From positions 1-28,813 of the forward strand of contig JAMCXR010000029.1 of the NCBI GenBank assembly GCA_023474185.1: a stretch of 28,813 bases of DNA, given 5' to 3'. The position numbers were made by a program, and so were the translations under genes. This document shows, piece by piece, positions 26,590-28,813 of this stretch. Each line of letters opens with the position of its first letter. Positions within the stretch are counted from its first letter, which is position 1. The DNA comes from Patescibacteria group bacterium (GTDB lineage: Bacteria; Patescibacteriota; Minisyncoccia; UBA6257; Colwellbacteraceae). Under the pieces are notes generated by a model. It was not told the DNA's origin. It ran no database searches and saw nothing but the letters and a program-made list of their open reading frames with translations.

Positions 26590-26781
26590 ATGAAACAGTG
26601 TGAGATTTGCGGCAAGGGATCAATTATGGCCGGAAGGCGGCTAAAGCTGCGCGGCCATTATAATCCTCAAGCACTTGTAAGAAAGCATCCGAATTTGCAA
26701 AAAACCACGCTCCCCGAGGGTAAGCGTATTTTGGCGTGCGCGCAGTGCATAAAAACCTTGGCTAAAAAGAAGAAAGGCTAA
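26590..26781 (+). CDS. rpmB: 50S ribosomal protein bL28 (Cys-containing, zinc-type)
   Basis: MKQCEICGKG...HPNLQ...ACAQCIKT, 63 aa; ATG at 26590 (the ORF track's longer start overlaps the opposite gene). Confidence 0.88.
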   Translation: MKQCEICGKGSIMAGRRLKLRGHYNPQALVRKHPNLQKTTLPEGKRILACAQCIKTLAKKKKG

Positions 26782-26805
26782 GAAAAACGCACGGCACGGC
26801 GCTCT

Positions 26806-26876
26806 CGGGCTGTAGTATAACGGCAGTATACACCCTTGGGGTGGGTGCGACCCGGGTTCAATTCCCGGCAGCCCGA
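26806..26876 (+). tRNA. tRNA-Pro(GGG); CCA end not encoded
   Basis: Acceptor stem CGGGCTG/CAGCCCG with discriminator A (C1-G72, A73 typical of Pro); D arm GTAT-AACGGCA-GTAT; anticodon arm CACCC-TTGGGGT-GGGTG; T arm CCGGG-TTCAATT-CCCGG; followed by CAAG. Confidence 0.95.
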
Positions 26877-26880
26877 CAAG

Positions 26881-28116
26881 TTACTGTTTGCTTTTGTTCT
26901 TGATCAAAAACCCTTTCACTCTAATCAAATACCACGAACCCCAAGCCAGAAGCAGAAAAACCGCTAACCCGATAAAAAAGGACAGCGGTCCAACGATCAA
27001 TCCGTCGAAAGTGATAAACGGTATTTCGCGGATTCTGAACTCTGCCGTTTTTTCCGTTCCGTTTCCGGCCTGGTCATACGCCACAACCGTTAGCAGATGA
27101 GAACCGGGAAGCTGCTGGGGCAAAACAATACTGGTGGCAACCGTACTGGTCACTAAATTGCCGTCGATGCTAACGACATAATCGGCGACACCGGATAAGG
27201 CGTCGGAGGCGACATAAAATATCCTGAGACTTAAGGAAGCGGTGGTGTTTCCCCCGCTGATTATGACGCCGAGCTGGGTTGGCGGTTCGGTATCAATCGC
27301 TATTTTATAGTTGGAAACCGGACCCCATCCTTTGTTGTCTTTAAAACGGACGTGGAGATACCATATTCCGTCGTCTAACGGAGGAAAGTTCTCGTTGTCG
27401 AACAATCCCTGAGAAACTGATGGCGTGGTGTTCGGAGACTTGTCCAAAACTGCCGCTACGCCCGTCACAGAATTCGGTAAAGGCCAGCGAGCGTTAAAAT
27501 TAGAGACCTGGTCGTACCACTCGCCGCTCACCGGATAAAACGGAATACTGATTTGGGGAGACGGAGGGAGGCCGGCGATATAAGTTTGGCCGGCCGGCGG
27601 CGCCGGTTGCGCTTCGGCTTGGCTTACGCTTTGCGTGGACGTGCTTTCAATCGAAATTCCGTTCATCGCAGACAACACGTTGGTTCCGCTGCCATTGGCA
27701 GCGGTAGCCGCTCCATCGATAAAGTTAATCGTCGCTTTCCCCGTGCCGATGACCTTGAAGTTGACTTTCAGTGCTTCCAAAGATTGCCCCAATAGGCCGC
27801 TATCCGACCCTCCGATAAAGCTCGCTTGGCCGTCTTCGTTGGAAAATCCCGGCAGCTGAAGCCAAAAAGAAAATACGGAACGGGAATAATCCAAGCTGGT
27901 GATGCTTAGGATGTCTTGGGGGAACTGAATGGTGGCTTGCGCCGCGTTGATGGGGGTGTCCGTAGAATTAATTTTAACGTCCACGGAAAATGTGTCGCCG
28001 ATCTTAACCAGATTTTTGCTGGCGGAGAGGTTGAAGGAAGCCGCTTCCGCAAGATTCCCCCTACAGAGTAAAGCGCCTGATATTATTAGCGCTGCGATTA
28101 TTGCTTTTCTAGTCAT
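26881..28116 (-). CDS. Cohesin-domain surface protein: signal peptide, cohesin-like beta-sandwich, Pro/Gln linker, two Ig-like domains and a C-terminal TM anchor with a basic tail
   Basis: LVKIGDTFSVDVKINS..INAAQATIQFPQDIL..SFIGG..LKVNFKV.GTG.ATINF pattern; YLHVRFKD..GWG..IDTEPP and H.LTVVAYDQAGN Ig-like motifs; hydrophobic C-terminal segment. Confidence 0.75.
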   Translation of the reverse strand: MTRKAIIAALIISGALLCRGNLAEAASFNLSASKNLVKIGDTFSVDVKINSTDTPINAAQATIQFPQDILSITSLDYSRSVFSFWLQLPGFSNEDGQASFIGGSDSGLLGQSLEALKVNFKVIGTGKATINFIDGAATAANGSGTNVLSAMNGISIESTSTQSVSQAEAQPAPPAGQTYIAGLPPSPQISIPFYPVSGEWYDQVSNFNARWPLPNSVTGVAAVLDKSPNTTPSVSQGLFDNENFPPLDDGIWYLHVRFKDNKGWGPVSNYKIAIDTEPPTQLGVIISGGNTTASLSLRIFYVASDALSGVADYVVSIDGNLVTSTVATSIVLPQQLPGSHLLTVVAYDQAGNGTEKTAEFRIREIPFITFDGLIVGPLSFFIGLAVFLLLAWGSWYLIRVKGFLIKNKSKQ

Positions 28117-28132
28117 TTTAATTTTTTATATT

Positions 28133-28813
28133 CTAAGCTGGTTTTAAAGTTCTCACAAAAATGGAAAAGTCCTGGACGTCGACCTTGCCGTCGCCGTTCA
28201 AGTCGTCCAGCGCTCTTACTTTAGGATCCGGCGACAGCCAGCGGCTGAGAAATATACTCCAGTCTCTGATGTCTACCACCCCGTCATTGTTGAAGTCGAC
28301 TTGGGGAACTAAGAGGCTGGTGACATAGAAAACTTTTTGCAGGGAAAAAGCGCTGCCGAAAGTTCCCGATTCCCTAACGCACAACGTATGGCTGTCTATC
28401 CCCAAACTCCCCGTCGGGTAAAGCAGGCGATAAAACCCGCTGCTGTCGGCAATTGTTTGTTGTGATATAGGCTTCCCGTCGACTTCGAGTTGCAAAACAG
28501 AATTGGGAACGGCGTATCCGGTTATAATTAATTTTCCGCCTTTGGTCACCGTCGACTGAGAGAAACCGACCGTTGGAGGAAGTAAAATATTTTTGATATC
28601 CAACACGTTGGCCTGGTTTTTGACCTTAATCCAATAGACCACGGCCTGTGTCGATCTTCCTTGTGGATCTATAGCCGTTACGCCAAAAGCCCTGTCCCCC
28701 GCAGGAAGCCCGCTGACAAAATTAACTTGGAAGCTGCCCGTATCTCGGTCGGCTGTTCCGCTTCTTAAAATAATAGTAGACGTTCCCAAAGCTAGAAGCG
28801 GAACAGCCGACCG
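28133..28813 (-). CDS. Dockerin-domain protein (Ig-like domains plus a C-terminal duplicated EF-hand-like dockerin); 5' end probably beyond the window
   Basis: DFNNDGVVDIRDWSIF and DLNGDGKVDVQDFSIF form the duplicated Ca-loop-helix pattern. The frame stays open upstream of the TTG at 28789 to the window edge (RSAVPLLALG...) and no signal peptide is visible. Confidence 0.75.
   Translation of the reverse strand, partial: RSAVPLLALGTSTIILRSGTADRDTGSFQVNFVSGLPAGDRAFGVTAIDPQGRSTQAVVYWIKVKNQANVLDIKNILLPPTVGFSQSTVTKGGKLIITGYAVPNSVLQLEVDGKPISQQTIADSSGFYRLLYPTGSLGIDSHTLCVRESGTFGSAFSLQKVFYVTSLLVPQVDFNNDGVVDIRDWSIFLSRWLSPDPKVRALDDLNGDGKVDVQDFSIFVRTLKPA
28746..28813. repeat. Perfect 20-bp inverted repeat (28746-28765 / 28794-28813) ending exactly at the window edge
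   Basis: cggtcggctgttccgcttct versus agaagcggaacagccgaccg, with a 28-nt spacer. Confidence 0.9.

Noticed and set aside
26877-28813. Prophage or integrative element at tRNA-Pro
   Set aside because: No integrase, phage gene or att duplication in the window; kept only as a low-score hypothesis.
1-28813. rRNA genes, introns or IS elements
   Set aside because: Coding density leaves no unexplained gap above ~110 nt, and no transposase or rRNA-like sequence was recognised.

Overview
A 28.8-kb bacterial fragment, most likely Patescibacteria/CPR (Parcubacteria-like). This assignment is inferred from the missing rpmD (uL30), the truncated uL15, SD-poor A-rich initiation regions and CPR-style surface proteins. 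TGA acts as a stop codon, so the code is table 11. Almost everything is on the minus strand: an M50 site-2 protease, a 1322-aa secreted NHL-repeat/peptidoglycan-binding protein, then rpsL-rpsG-fusA-tuf, the S10 and spc clusters, secY-adk-map-ychF, and uvrB-uvrA-uvrC (uvrC runs off the left edge). On the plus strand, rpmB and tRNA-Pro(GGG) converge on a minus-strand gene pair encoding a dockerin-like protein (open at the right edge) and a membrane-anchored cohesin-like protein. Main points of interest: (1) the adjacent dockerin/cohesin pair, a candidate non-cellulosomal surface scaffolding system; (2) a modular adhesin-like protein with near-identical internal DNA repeats; (3) several reduced 50S proteins (uL3, uL5, uL15, uL23; uL30 absent) and an extended uL22; (4) UvrA lacking its insertion domain; (5) promoters that predict leaderless or near-leaderless mRNAs, plus several dyad/hairpin elements. 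All domain calls come from motif recognition by eye; no database searches were run.
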